Below the pieces are notes generated by a model. The model did no database searches, was not told where the DNA came from, and saw nothing but the letters and a program-made list of their open reading frames with translations. This document shows positions 47,841-57,745 of a stretch of DNA of 64,000 bases, piece by piece. The stretch comes from a virus. Its lineage: Duplodnaviria; Caudoviricetes. Position 1 is the first letter of the stretch, and every line of letters begins with the position of its first letter. The stretch spans positions 1 to 64,000 of the IMG/VR virus record IMGVR_UViG_3300021387_000272. The stretch is one strand, 5' to 3'. A program made the position numbers and the translations under genes.

Positions 47841-50800
47841 ATGGAAGGTGCAATGTGTACAGTGTATCCCACAGCTAAGGGCAAAAAGAGTAAGCTCTAT
47901 GGGGATATGTATAATAAGACAGGACATGACAGGAAGTTAACCAACTTCCTGTATGCCATGTCCAAGTTAGACAATGTGAGAGCCCAGTTCAACAAGAAGC
48001 AATTTGACAGGCTTGGAGAGATTAAGAGTGATGCTTTTATGGACTGGGTACACATTGAAGATTTAATTAAAGACCAAAATGCTCTTCAACAAGCTAAGAA
48101 TACTCTGGGAGCAGAAAATCCTGATGGTACCCAAAAGGGATATGACACCCCAGAAGAGGTGCTAGATAGGGTGATAGACTTCAATAACAATAACACACGA
48201 ATGAAAGCAATGATACGCTTCTCTAATGGTCAATTTGTTATTGATGTAGAAAATCTCAATGCTGAGAATTATGGAGCTAACAGGTCTCTTATCAGAAGAA
48301 AGATTATTCTGGATGCTATTACAGGCTGGTTAAATACTCAGGGATTAAAGACTGACTTTAGTCCTGAAGTAAAAACCAGATATGCCAATACATTGTCAGC
48401 ACTTGGATTTGAGCGTACTATTAAAGATATGATAGATGCCTTTGGCAGAGATAGGTATAGAGCAAATCCTGATGCTGCCAGGCTTATCATGGATATGTTT
48501 GAAGGAAGTCCTCTGCTTGACACTATCAAGAATGGTTTTGGGGATGACTTAGCTAATGCTATATCTTACAGAACAGGTAATGACCAAGCTCCTATTACTC
48601 CTGAAACCTTGGATTTATTGCGAGATAGGTATTGGAGTGACCAATTAAACCTATTCCTTCAGGAAGTTAAAAGGAAAATGAGCAGGCTAGATGCCTCTAG
48701 TCTTGAAGCTAAAAAAGAACATGAGCTGTCTAGATTTAGTGATGATACTGAATACTTCAATATTCCTGCTTCTGAAATTCATGAAGCTTTAACAGAGCTA
48801 TATAAGGTAAGTCATGTGGATAAGGAAGAAGTTCTTACTGATATAGAGCAGGCTACTAAATTAAGTGAAGCTGCCAGAGCATTCCTTAACAATAAGTATA
48901 TTGAACTTGAGACCTTCAGACGTAAGACAGGAGGCAAAAAAAGAGGAGATGATAAGGAGCTTAGAAAGATAGAACAGGAAATAGAAAGAGGACGATATGG
49001 GGACTCTATAATCAGTATGCTTAGTGACTTAGCAGGAGAAATCAACACTACGACAGATTTGATTGCTGCTTTGGATACTTCCTTTGCAGCTGCTCCTGAT
49101 ACCCTAACAGCAGTTAATGACGCTAGTAAAGTCATTATTAGAAGCTCTGAACTGGCAGATGTTTATAGGCCAATACTGGAAAGACTACTCAGCCTTGATG
49201 GTTTAGAGCTAGATGAATTGGGCCTTACTGAAGATATGATAGAAGCTATCCAGCAGCTTGCTTCCTCTCTAAATGAGAAATTAACTACCCTAAGAAGAGA
49301 TGCCAAGAGAAAACAATTTGATGTAGTATATGCATATTACAGTATCTATTGGGGTAACTCTGACCAGAGGAATAATGGGGAAGAAATGGTTTCTCTTAGA
49401 GAGATTCTGGAAACTGCTAGGAAAGATATTAATTTCTTTGATAGGTATATCTATGCAATGGGAGAGTCCAATGATGAAGCACTTGCTCTTTTTGCTGCAG
49501 CTGTCAGAGACAGAAACCAGGCAAGAGATAAAATAGCTAGAAAGGGAGACACTATTATACGAAGACTTACCAATGACCTCTTTGAGGCAGGAAGTGATGC
49601 AGTCTTTATGTATGAAAGAAAAGATGGTTCTCCTACAGGCAAAATAATATCTGACGTAGATTGGGATGCCTTTGAAGCTAAGAGAAAGCAAATGAAGGAG
49701 TACTATGAGAATCAGGGATATTCTCAAAGGGAAGTACAGAGAAGACTTGAGTCTTGGGAAAATAATAATACTGAATGGGTTACTCCCTTCACTCATCCTA
49801 CATTCAGGAATGCCTATGCAGAATACTTGAAAGTATTCCATGGAGATTCTGCTACTCCCTCAGAATATGATTTCAAAATACGTATTCCACTAAGGGAGAA
49901 ATTTGGTAAAGCATTGCCTAATATGACACAGGCTCAGCAGGATTATTACTATAAGATGATGGCATTAAAAGCCGCTGTCACTTATGGCCTTCCAACAGCT
50001 GAATTTGGGTTCTTTGATGCTCCTCAAATTTCTACTGATGTAACCACTGCATTAAAAGAATCTGGAGGAGACCCTTCAAAGGTTCTTCAGATTATTAAAA
50101 ATAAGATAGTAGATGCTCTGGTTAAGAGAGAAGATGATACAGACTATGGAGACTTCATGGATACCCTAGGAGCCAATAATATCTCTCTAAGACACTCTGA
50201 CCTCTCTGGACAAGAAGCTCAGACACTTCCACTATTCTTTACTCATAAGATTAAAGACCCCTCAAGGCTTAGCTTAGACTTTAGCCGTGGTATGGAAGCT
50301 ATTATGACTTCCTCTGTTCAGTATAATGAAATGAATAAGGCTCTTGATGCCCTGATGCTTGCAAAAGACTGGCTTATAAACCGTAGAAATATTGCAGCAG
50401 TTGAAGGAGACAAGACTCTTATGGATATCTATACCTGGGGCAGGGATGTGATGATTAGGACAATTAAAAAGACTCCTGCAACAGCTCTTTCTGCAGGTCT
50501 GGTTGCAGACTTTACTGAAGCTAATATCTTTGGAAAGAGACATAAAGATGGTAAAGGGCATGTATCTGTATTTGGTCTAGATGTAAGCTATGATAAACTG
50601 ACTGGATTAGTAACAGGCTATACCTCATATACAGGACTGTCTCTTAACTTACTTGGTGCTCAAGCCAATGCTTTAGTAGGTAAATTACAGATGTGTATTG
50701 AGGGAGCTTGTGGAGAGTTCTATAATATTGCTGACTGGGGTTATGCTGAGTGGGAGTACTTCCAAGAAATATGGCCTATGCTTGCAGAACTTGCTAGTAA

Positions 50801-51860
50801 TAAGAAGACTTCTGACTTAGCTCTTCTGATGGACTACTTTGATGTAAAGGATGAGTTCATAGAGAATCTTAAAGCAGATGGTTTCTACAATAATATAGTA
50901 GGCAAAGTAATTGGAAATGCCAATATACTGTTCATGTATGGCATGGGTGAGCACATGCTCCATGCAGAAACAATGCTAGCTATTCTACACAGAAAGAAAG
51001 TAGTCAATAGGCAGACTGGCCAAACAGTTTCTCTTAGAAAAGTCTTTGAAAAGAAAGTTGAAAGTGGTACAGGAGAGTTAGTAGTTGACTATAGTAAGTG
51101 GGATATTATTGATGCAGAAGGTAATAGAAGAGCCCTTACTGAGAGAGACTTAGATATTATCAAGGGACAAGTATCTTATTGTAATAAGACTATGCATGGT
51201 GCCTTTGGACAACTTGATAAGGGTATGGTTCATAGATATTGCTTTGGAAGACTCATAATGAACTTCAGACAATGGATGCCTGGCCACTATGAAAGACGTT
51301 TCAGAGGTTTGCATTATAACTATGACCTTAATGAATGGAGAGAGGGTTATTATACCACTTCTCTCAAATTCTTGGCAGATACTGTAAAAGAATGGAATGA
51401 TGGAGGTTGGCAGTTAATAACTAGATGGCATCAACTTAATGATATGCAGCAAGCCAATATAAAGAGAGCAGTTGCTGAAATAGCTCTACTTGTCGGACTT
51501 TGTGCATCTACAGCATCTCTTGGAAGGTATAAGGATAAGAAGGGCAACTGGGCATACAGAAACCTTATGTATCAGCTTATGCGTATGAGAATGGAAACTA
51601 GAGCTTCTGTACCATTTAGCCCAGGTTTTGTAACCAACATTATTACCATACTCAACTCTCCTGCTGCTTGTATAACACAATTCAGTAAGTTAGCAAAGCT
51701 TCTTTCCCTTACTGATTTAGCAGTAACTATTGAGAGTGGTAAATATGAAGGGGAAAATCTTTGGGTACACAATGCTGTAAAGGCTGTGCCATTCCTCAAG
51801 CAAGTTCAGAATCAACTAGAACTAGCAACTGAGGATGACTTATTCCAGGTATTCAAATAG
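47841..51860 (+). CDS. Giant cargo/ejection protein, 1339 aa
   Basis: Follows the RNAP gene; helical; LPLFFTH...LSLDF, GLSLNLLG and FRQWMP motifs typical of the last crAss cargo gene. Confidence 0.7.
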   Translation: MEGAMCTVYPTAKGKKSKLYGDMYNKTGHDRKLTNFLYAMSKLDNVRAQFNKKQFDRLGEIKSDAFMDWVHIEDLIKDQNALQQAKNTLGAENPDGTQKGYDTPEEVLDRVIDFNNNNTRMKAMIRFSNGQFVIDVENLNAENYGANRSLIRRKIILDAITGWLNTQGLKTDFSPEVKTRYANTLSALGFERTIKDMIDAFGRDRYRANPDAARLIMDMFEGSPLLDTIKNGFGDDLANAISYRTGNDQAPITPETLDLLRDRYWSDQLNLFLQEVKRKMSRLDASSLEAKKEHELSRFSDDTEYFNIPASEIHEALTELYKVSHVDKEEVLTDIEQATKLSEAARAFLNNKYIELETFRRKTGGKKRGDDKELRKIEQEIERGRYGDSIISMLSDLAGEINTTTDLIAALDTSFAAAPDTLTAVNDASKVIIRSSELADVYRPILERLLSLDGLELDELGLTEDMIEAIQQLASSLNEKLTTLRRDAKRKQFDVVYAYYSIYWGNSDQRNNGEEMVSLREILETARKDINFFDRYIYAMGESNDEALALFAAAVRDRNQARDKIARKGDTIIRRLTNDLFEAGSDAVFMYERKDGSPTGKIISDVDWDAFEAKRKQMKEYYENQGYSQREVQRRLESWENNNTEWVTPFTHPTFRNAYAEYLKVFHGDSATPSEYDFKIRIPLREKFGKALPNMTQAQQDYYYKMMALKAAVTYGLPTAEFGFFDAPQISTDVTTALKESGGDPSKVLQIIKNKIVDALVKREDDTDYGDFMDTLGANNISLRHSDLSGQEAQTLPLFFTHKIKDPSRLSLDFSRGMEAIMTSSVQYNEMNKALDALMLAKDWLINRRNIAAVEGDKTLMDIYTWGRDVMIRTIKKTPATALSAGLVADFTEANIFGKRHKDGKGHVSVFGLDVSYDKLTGLVTGYTSYTGLSLNLLGAQANALVGKLQMCIEGACGEFYNIADWGYAEWEYFQEIWPMLAELASNKKTSDLALLMDYFDVKDEFIENLKADGFYNNIVGKVIGNANILFMYGMGEHMLHAETMLAILHRKKVVNRQTGQTVSLRKVFEKKVESGTGELVVDYSKWDIIDAEGNRRALTERDLDIIKGQVSYCNKTMHGAFGQLDKGMVHRYCFGRLIMNFRQWMPGHYERRFRGLHYNYDLNEWREGYYTTSLKFLADTVKEWNDGGWQLITRWHQLNDMQQANIKRAVAEIALLVGLCASTASLGRYKDKKGNWAYRNLMYQLMRMRMETRASVPFSPGFVTNIITILNSPAACITQFSKLAKLLSLTDLAVTIESGKYEGENLWVHNAVKAVPFLKQVQNQLELATEDDLFQVFK

Positions 51861-51879
51861 ACTACCACCAACTGAACGT

Positions 51880-51920
51880 AAAAAAGGCTCTAGGGAAGTA
51901 AAACCCAAGAGTCTTTTTTT
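51880..51920. terminator. Bidirectional terminator at the convergence of the two gene blocks
   Basis: AAAAAAGGCTCT-AGGG-AAGTAAAA-CCCA-AGAGTCTTTTTTT; an A tract and a T tract flank the stem. Confidence 0.85.
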
Positions 51921-51921
51921 A

Positions 51922-52008
51922 TTATTCATTTTCTTTATCCTTATGTGCTCCTAGTAATCTAGCAATACACACCAATATAAAAGCAAATAATAGCCCGAAT
52001 ATTTCCAT
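51922..52008 (-). CDS. 28-aa single-TM peptide, absent from the ORF track
   Basis: MEIFGLLFAFILVCIARLLGAHKDKENE*; the stop lies directly before the terminator. Confidence 0.55.
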   Translation of the reverse strand: MEIFGLLFAFILVCIARLLGAHKDKENE

Positions 52009-52021
52009 AGCAAATTAAAGT

Positions 52022-52131
52022 AACCTCCAATAGAGAGAATTTTGCAGGCCCACGATTTACATACACTAACATCATGAAGTTCAGAAAAGAAAGTCTATCC
52101 TTGGCCTATTCTTATTCTTCTATTGGAGGTA
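52022..52131. repeat. About 110-bp element with imperfect terminal inverted repeats
   Basis: ACCTCCAATAGA...AGGCC on the left and GGCCT...TCTATTGGAGGT on the right, with identical arm spacing. Confidence 0.7.
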
Positions 52132-52136
52132 AGAGT

Positions 52137-52889
52137 TTAGAGGTTAAATGTTTCCTCAAAGAGACTATGAGTCACCACATGGTCATTTACATAAGTTGTG
52201 GGGTGACTTGTCTTAAGAGATTCTGTGATATGGTTATATAAGTCATAAGCAGTGAATTTAAGGTCACCAAGATGCCTAAAATTCTGACTGAAAGCAAGCT
52301 CCTTCTTAATGATAGACATTTGAGTAATGTTTATTACTTGCTTAGTGAAGAATAAGGTACCCAAAATCTTAAAGACTTCTTCTGGGCTAACCTCAAAATG
52401 CTTAAGCTCATTGAGTTGCTCAGAAGTATGCTCAAAGGAGTTCTGCAGTACTGTAAAGCCCCCTTCCACACTTGCAATTACTTCTTTCTCAGTAGTGCTA
52501 GTACCTTCTAGAAATGCTCCTCTGTGAATTCTTCTATATTGATAGTCTCCAGAGATACATCCATTGGAACATATCCAAACTACCATACCACACACAAAGG
52601 CAAAGCTCATAGATTTATCATAAGAGTTCCTAAACATAACTCTTTGTCCATAGTCACCGTCAGGAGTACTAATATCATAGGAGCCAATAACTCCCTTGAT
52701 TAATCCATCACTAGTTCTAGTTACCTTGTAATGCTCATCCTTTACTACCAGTCCTAAGTTATTGATTTTAGTATCAACTAAATCCATAACCATACTATTA
52801 GCAAGAGGAGTATAAGTACCATTATTCCAAGGAATGATAGGGGCATTATACACTTCTTCCCTATCAGCAACTACCATTCTTCTGTTCAT
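52137..52889 (-). CDS. DUF932/DUF945-family protein
   Basis: RVMFRNSYDKSMSFAFVCGMVVWICSNG...RIHRG and TAYDLYNHITE. Confidence 0.8.
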   Translation of the reverse strand: MNRRMVVADREEVYNAPIIPWNNGTYTPLANSMVMDLVDTKINNLGLVVKDEHYKVTRTSDGLIKGVIGSYDISTPDGDYGQRVMFRNSYDKSMSFAFVCGMVVWICSNGCISGDYQYRRIHRGAFLEGTSTTEKEVIASVEGGFTVLQNSFEHTSEQLNELKHFEVSPEEVFKILGTLFFTKQVINITQMSIIKKELAFSQNFRHLGDLKFTAYDLYNHITESLKTSHPTTYVNDHVVTHSLFEETFNL

Positions 52890-52936
52890 AGTTATTTATT
52901 TGATTGTTCATTTTTTATATCAACATATTTTCCATA

Positions 52937-53227
52937 CTATCTTAACTTCACTTTCTTAAGAATATATCTATAGTACTCTTCCATTTCTTCACCAGAGTTT
53001 TCATGTTGCCATGTTACTCCAGTATAAGCCCAAATATAACTAGGTTTGTCTCCTTTATGATAGTCTCTGTGAACTACCTTGCATCTTCTGCGGGCAACAT
53101 CCCCCTCCATGAAGTTTTTTGCAGCAGTTCTTGTTTTAAAATTCTCCTGCCTGATTAACTCCAGCTTGTCTTCCAAATCACCCCTAACCCAATCTTTGTC
53201 ATGGTGATGAATTGTTACTTGGTACAT
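52937..53227 (-). CDS. Hypothetical protein, 96 aa
   Basis: Tightly packed - strand ORF. Confidence 0.7.
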   Translation of the reverse strand: MYQVTIHHHDKDWVRGDLEDKLELIRQENFKTRTAAKNFMEGDVARRRCKVVHRDYHKGDKPSYIWAYTGVTWQHENSGEEMEEYYRYILKKVKLR

Positions 53228-53229
53228 AA

Positions 53230-53439
53230 TTACTTAATTGATTTAACTTGATAAAAATAACACCAATGTCCACAGCCTAAACTTATAGTTCCATTACTAT
53301 GTTTTCGTAAGTCGCAGCTCTTAACAACTCTTCCATATTTAGAATCTCTGGCACAAATCTCAATACTTTCTACCTTTCCAGTAACCCTCTGACCTCCAAA
53401 TAGGACAGCGGTTACTACATCCCCCAATTTAATCTTCAC
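53230..53439 (-). CDS. Hypothetical KOW/SH3-like protein, 69 aa
   Basis: IKLGDVV...GKVESIE pattern; GTG start. Confidence 0.65.
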   Translation of the reverse strand: MKIKLGDVVTAVLFGGQRVTGKVESIEICARDSKYGRVVKSCDLRKHSNGTISLGCGHWCYFYQVKSIK

Positions 53440-53459
53440 AGCCTTAGTGATAATTACAC

Positions 53460-53900
53460 TTATGCACTCTCTTCCTTTTTACCGAAATTCACCAAATTAT
53501 CAACGATATTCTGGCGACTATTAATCCAATAATATTCTCCGTCACAGTTAATACCAAAGAGAACAATATCATTATCATCATAGGCTTTCTCAATGACGTC
53601 AAATATCTCTTTAGTCCTTACTTCTCCATACCAAGAGCATTCCATCATGAAGAATTGCTTGACATACTCAAGGTCTCTTCCATTCTGCATCTTGATGCCT
53701 ACAACCTCATGGTCATCACTTCCTGCTAACAAGTCCCATTCAGTAGCTTTACCTACAGTAAGCTTGGCAATTCTTGCCCTGATTACACCCTTAGCAGATT
53801 CTTCATATTTCAGGCATTCTGTCTTGTCATGGAACTGTGTACCATCAAGGGCTTCATACATAGTGTACTTCTGTACTTTTTCTTTTGTTACTTCTTTCAT
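53460..53900 (-). CDS. Hypothetical protein, 146 aa
   Basis: YEALDGTQFHDKTECLKYE pattern, common in Bacteroidota phages. Confidence 0.75.
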   Translation of the reverse strand: MKEVTKEKVQKYTMYEALDGTQFHDKTECLKYEESAKGVIRARIAKLTVGKATEWDLLAGSDDHEVVGIKMQNGRDLEYVKQFFMMECSWYGEVRTKEIFDVIEKAYDDNDIVLFGINCDGEYYWINSRQNIVDNLVNFGKKEESA

Positions 53901-53918
53901 AATTGTTGAATTTAAAAG

Positions 53919-54305
53919 TTATTCTCTTGGTTCTTTAAATAATTTACACATGAATTGGTAATATTCTTCAGCCCAACGTTCTACTTCTTCAATGGTATCA
54001 TTATCATGCCAGGCAAAGCAGAGTTCCAATCTCTCATCAATGGTTCTTGCCATATCTACATGGACTTCAATTCCCACATGGTTCCTCATGTCTTTAGGAA
54101 TTCTATCCCAAAACATAGTCCTTTCTGAGTAATCATAGATAGAGAGAATTATCTGATAGGCATTCCTGTCTTCTTCCCATTGGTTATCAGTTTTATGGAA
54201 GCCTTTGCCTATGATATAATCCTCATGATGCCATTGCTGATTATATTTCTTATAGCCTCTCTCATAAAGCAGGTTGGCAAGTTTGTCAAATTGTTCTTTA
54301 TTCAT
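53919..54305 (-). CDS. Hypothetical protein, 128 aa
   Basis: Packed - strand ORF. Confidence 0.75.
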   Translation of the reverse strand: MNKEQFDKLANLLYERGYKKYNQQWHHEDYIIGKGFHKTDNQWEEDRNAYQIILSIYDYSERTMFWDRIPKDMRNHVGIEVHVDMARTIDERLELCFAWHDNDTIEEVERWAEEYYQFMCKLFKEPRE

Positions 54306-54306
54306 T

Positions 54307-54528
54307 TTACAACTTTTCTTTTATTCTTTGATACTCTGCATTAGACATGGTTCTCCAACTCTTTTCTGAGACTTGAATAAGCCAGTCATTCTCTCTTGCA
54401 TAGTGTGCCTTGGATTCAAAGGTTCCCTTGAATCTGAAATGCCCTGAGACTGTCTTAAAACACATCTCAACACATGGTAACTGCATGACAGTACCTAAGT
54501 TCTCCCTATTGATTTGAATTGCCTTCAT
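54307..54528 (-). CDS. Hypothetical protein, 73 aa
   Basis: Packed - strand ORF. Confidence 0.7.
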   Translation of the reverse strand: MKAIQINRENLGTVMQLPCVEMCFKTVSGHFRFKGTFESKAHYARENDWLIQVSEKSWRTMSNAEYQRIKEKL

Positions 54529-54621
54529 CTCTCTCCTTTTTCCAAATATGAGATAAAATTATAAAGTTTACTAATACTACTACAGCACCTAATGCTGCTC
54601 CTAATAAAAATGCTATCATAA

Positions 54622-54810
54622 TTAATCAAAATAATCTTTTTTAATAAAATATGAGCAACCATCAGTAACAGGTTCCTTTGGATGGTAGAAACTTGCATAC
54701 TGATAGTCTGTGTTCTTAATCTCTTGACCAAGCCAGTATCTGTAGCATTGGTCTTTCTTCGTGCATTGTTCTTGTGAACAATGCATATAATCATGGAAAT
54801 ATTGGGGCAT
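54622..54810 (-). CDS. Cys-rich small protein, 62 aa
   Basis: HCSQEQCTKKDQCYRY...CSYF (four Cys). Confidence 0.7.
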   Translation of the reverse strand: MPQYFHDYMHCSQEQCTKKDQCYRYWLGQEIKNTDYQYASFYHPKEPVTDGCSYFIKKDYFD

Positions 54811-54813
54811 AAC

Positions 54814-54981
54814 TTATTCCTTCATAAATAATTCTTCTCGTTCAAATTCGGTGTGCATTATCTCATATTTTCCATCACATGAGGTTAAGACATAATGGTC
54901 ATTGGCTGTGCCTTCCCACATATCTATTTCCCATAGACGGTTAGCATAACGCACTTTGTCTCCTTTTTTAAATTTTGGCAT
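54814..54981 (-). CDS. Small KOW-like protein, 55 aa, absent from the ORF track
   Basis: MPKFKKGDKVRYANRLWEIDMWEG...ELFMKE*. Confidence 0.7.
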   Translation of the reverse strand: MPKFKKGDKVRYANRLWEIDMWEGTANDHYVLTSCDGKYEIMHTEFEREELFMKE

Positions 54982-54993
54982 AATTATTGCATT

Positions 54994-55224
54994 TTAAATT
55001 TTGATATCAGTCCACTCAGTAACCTTATGAATTCCTGAAGTTGTTGCTTCATAACAATCCATCCACTTTTTTGTTGCAAAGCTGTAACGTGAATAACCAA
55101 GAATAGATACACCATCTTTTTCTCCACATCTTACCAAATACAGCGGACTTAATGCGTAATTATTTGCACAATGTTTAGTTGGGATTTCAGTAATTGACTT
55201 CCAAGAAAAATTGATTTTTTTCAT
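54994..55224 (-). CDS. Hypothetical protein, 76 aa (DUF551-like W...P...Y...W pattern)
   Basis: FSWKSITEIP...LYLV...KKW...VTEW. Confidence 0.6.
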   Translation of the reverse strand: MKKINFSWKSITEIPTKHCANNYALSPLYLVRCGEKDGVSILGYSRYSFATKKWMDCYEATTSGIHKVTEWTDIKI

Positions 55225-55238
55225 AACTTATTCTCCTA

Positions 55239-55418
55239 TTATTCCTTTTTTAAATAATTAGGCCACGCACTTGTACCAGAAGTTGTGGTTGTAGTGATTT
55301 CAACATATTGTTTGTCAGAACAACTACATGTTTCACAACTACACGGAAATTTTCCATTCATACAAAATCTTGAAAGACCATCTGTCGCAAGATAGGGGCA
55401 TTGTATAACTATACTCAT
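55239..55418 (-). CDS. Cys-rich small protein, 59 aa, absent from the ORF track
   Basis: MSIVIQCPYLATDGLSRFCMNGKFPCSCETCSCSDK... Confidence 0.6.
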   Translation of the reverse strand: MSIVIQCPYLATDGLSRFCMNGKFPCSCETCSCSDKQYVEITTTTTSGTSAWPNYLKKE

Positions 55419-55422
55419 AACT

Positions 55423-55931
55423 TTATTCTCCTTTCATATAGTTTTTGAAATCCTCAAAAAATCTACTATCTACATACATGGTTTCCATATGAATATCATA
55501 CCTCCATATCGTTGTTTCCAGCTACATAAGCATCACATAGCATTTTATGAACTTCAAGACTTGTATAAATTCTGTTACTCTCATAGTGATTGATAGCATA
55601 ATCACTGGCTTTCAATTCTTGTTTTTCTTTTTTTGTCATAGTTTTATATTATTTTGATTACAATATTTTATTGCTTTATTGTATGCTTCTTGTCTTGTAT
55701 TTCCTTCACAAGTGACTTGTTTAGTCCACTTATCATAATGGATATATGCATAAAATCCTTTATCTTTTCTTGTGGAAGGAAATGGCCTTATCATTATTTC
55801 TGTTGCCATAATCACATATTTTTAAGTCTTTCTTTAATCTTTTCTTCCAATACTTCAACCTTGTCTTGATAAGTCAAAGATTCATCGTGTAAGATGTATA
55901 AATAGTATTCTAATTCGTGCTTAAAATCCAT
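55423..55931 (-). CDS. Run of four tiny coupled ORFs (55812-55931, 55636-55809, 55496-55639, 55423-55488)
   Basis: 39, 57, 47 and 21 aa; adjacent stops and starts abut or overlap; none is in the ORF track. Confidence 0.55.
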
Positions 55932-55932
55932 A

Positions 55933-57351
55933 TTATTCTCCTTTTAGTTTCTTTAAATCGTTATACAAATTAATCAATTCTTGTCCTTGTCCTGCATAGG
56001 ATATATTTCCAGTAAGATTTAAGTCGTGCAATGCTTTCATTTGTTCTTCGCTTGGTCTCCACCCTATTCTTTGTTTTAGGCTTTTGAGCCAATCTATATC
56101 TTGATTTACTGCGAATCGAGTTGTGATGAATGTTGAACCTTTCTTACACATCCCTTCAAGTCTGTCAAGAAGGCTGTGTATATGTTCTTCATCCTCTTTA
56201 CTCCAAGGCTTTTGCTCATATAATTTCTTGACGGCAGTAATAGCACATTTATGTGATAAGATACCATCGTCTGTCTGGTAACCATCAACACTTCCAAGAG
56301 TCTTTTCAAGGATTCTTTGGGCATGAAAAAGGCTATCAATGCCATAATCCTCGCCATTATATTCTTCATCCTCAATCTTCTTCAATTCTTTTTTCTCAGC
56401 ATCCCATTCATAGCCTGCTTCCTTTATTTTTGCAAAGAGAGTATCGCGCTGTTCTTTGGTGGCTGGTTTCAAGTAGTTTATACAGATACAACAAGTGCCT
56501 TTATCATAAAACTCATCATTAACAAGAAGCGCATGATAATGGACGTGCCCTTCATAAGGTTCATACAAAGACCAATAAATCATTATCCACAAATCTTCTT
56601 CGTCTGTTACATAAGCAAGTACGTCGCCATCCTTGGCATCATCAATAGTCCAAAGGTGGTAATTGTCTTGTAAACTAAACGGGATGCTTGTATTGATGCC
56701 TCCCATAAAGTCTGCGATTTTATAGCAAGGATAGCTATATTCTATGCTTGTTATCTGGCCACCAACATATCCATCAGTAATCCAATCACCAACCTTAAAC
56801 TTTGGTTTATTTTCACCAAATATGCAATCATTGACAATCTCGTTGTATGTTTCAGAATCTATACCAAGACTTTCTTCTGCTGATTTCATTTCTATGGTAG
56901 GCTTCTGCTCATCCTTTCCAATGTTTGAAGAATTGGAAAGAATTGGAGAGGTTTCACCTTGCTTTAAATGTAATTCATCCAAAGTATTTTCAACTCCATG
57001 CTTAAAGGCTGCCACACACATATTAACGATTGGACTATTTTTTACACCATTACCTTGGTTTATAAGTCTCTGTTCATACGCTTCTATCATAGATTCAATA
57101 TCCACAGTTAAGGATTTCTCACCTTGCTTTTCAAGCCAATCAATATACCTTTTAGCATCTTCTTCTGAAGTGTATGAAGTTTCACCTTTGAAAACGGCAA
57201 TAATTTCTTTCCTCACCTTCTCATCCTCGGATTCTTTGAGTTCGGGGAAGATTTGAATAGCAGCGTCTTCATAAACCAATCCTGCGTCAATTAAATTTTT
57301 AATCACCCTTAAAGCCTTATCATAGGCTTTTGCTTTTTCTTTTTGAGTCAT
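55933..57351 (-). CDS. Mosaic hypothetical protein, 472 aa
   Basis: MTQKEKAKAYD start, KFKVGDWIT KOW-like module, ATKEQRDTLFAKIKEAGYEWD and WRPSEEQM modules common in Bacteroidota phages. Confidence 0.8.
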   Translation of the reverse strand: MTQKEKAKAYDKALRVIKNLIDAGLVYEDAAIQIFPELKESEDEKVRKEIIAVFKGETSYTSEEDAKRYIDWLEKQGEKSLTVDIESMIEAYEQRLINQGNGVKNSPIVNMCVAAFKHGVENTLDELHLKQGETSPILSNSSNIGKDEQKPTIEMKSAEESLGIDSETYNEIVNDCIFGENKPKFKVGDWITDGYVGGQITSIEYSYPCYKIADFMGGINTSIPFSLQDNYHLWTIDDAKDGDVLAYVTDEEDLWIMIYWSLYEPYEGHVHYHALLVNDEFYDKGTCCICINYLKPATKEQRDTLFAKIKEAGYEWDAEKKELKKIEDEEYNGEDYGIDSLFHAQRILEKTLGSVDGYQTDDGILSHKCAITAVKKLYEQKPWSKEDEEHIHSLLDRLEGMCKKGSTFITTRFAVNQDIDWLKSLKQRIGWRPSEEQMKALHDLNLTGNISYAGQGQELINLYNDLKKLKGE

Positions 57352-57355
57352 AATT

Positions 57356-57502
57356 TTATTCTATTTTTATACAAATTTCATTATCAAGATATATCCAAGT
57401 TACTTCATGTGTATTTTCATTATCATCATAAACATTTAACAAACCATCTTCATCTGCTTTTTTTAACAATGATAATAATAGTTCTTTTTCTTCCTGTGTC
57501 AT
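57356..57502 (-). CDS. Hypothetical protein, 48 aa, absent from the ORF track
   Basis: MTQEEKELLLSLLKKADEDGLL... Confidence 0.6.
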   Translation of the reverse strand: MTQEEKELLLSLLKKADEDGLLNVYDDNENTHEVTWIYLDNEICIKIE

Positions 57503-57517
57503 AACTATTTATTTAAA

Positions 57518-57745
57518 TTATAATTCATTATTTTTGTGTGCCTCTTCTAAAGCATCCCAAAAATTTACTGATGCATCACATCGTAATTCCCAAAAGCCGC
57601 AACTTGTTGAGTCTTCGATATATGTAATTGGATAACTTGAAGCTGTATGACCACCCAAATTAATCATAATGAAATCATCATCAGGAATATGTTTAAGTTC
57701 TTCCATCAAATCGTGTTTTCTAAATTTATAATATCCCATAATCAC
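57518..57745 (-). CDS. Hypothetical protein, 75 aa
   Basis: Packed - strand ORF. Confidence 0.65.
   Translation of the reverse strand: MIMGYYKFRKHDLMEELKHIPDDDFIMINLGGHTASSYPITYIEDSTSCGFWELRCDASVNFWDALEEAHKNNEL

Noticed and set aside
792-51799. Numerous antisense or alternate-frame ORFs in the track (e.g. 10913-11383, 27612-28250, 42707-43210, 49290-49841, 56744-57256)
   Set aside because: They are shadows of long real genes, with no recognisable motifs or start contexts.
271-51860. Stop-codon reassignment (TAG/TGA recoding known in some crAss-like lineages)
   Set aside because: All structural, cargo, RNAP and PolA genes are full length in the standard code, and gaps in the - strand block are filled by normal small ORFs.
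51861-52136. Dispersed motif as Ter/KOPS-like polar replication sites
   Set aside because: Most copies are on the - strand on both sides of the convergence point, so there is no polarity switch.
55423-55639. Programmed frameshift fusing the 47-aa and 21-aa ORFs
   Set aside because: A +1 shift would join them, but no slippery site or stimulatory structure is visible and each ORF has a plausible start.
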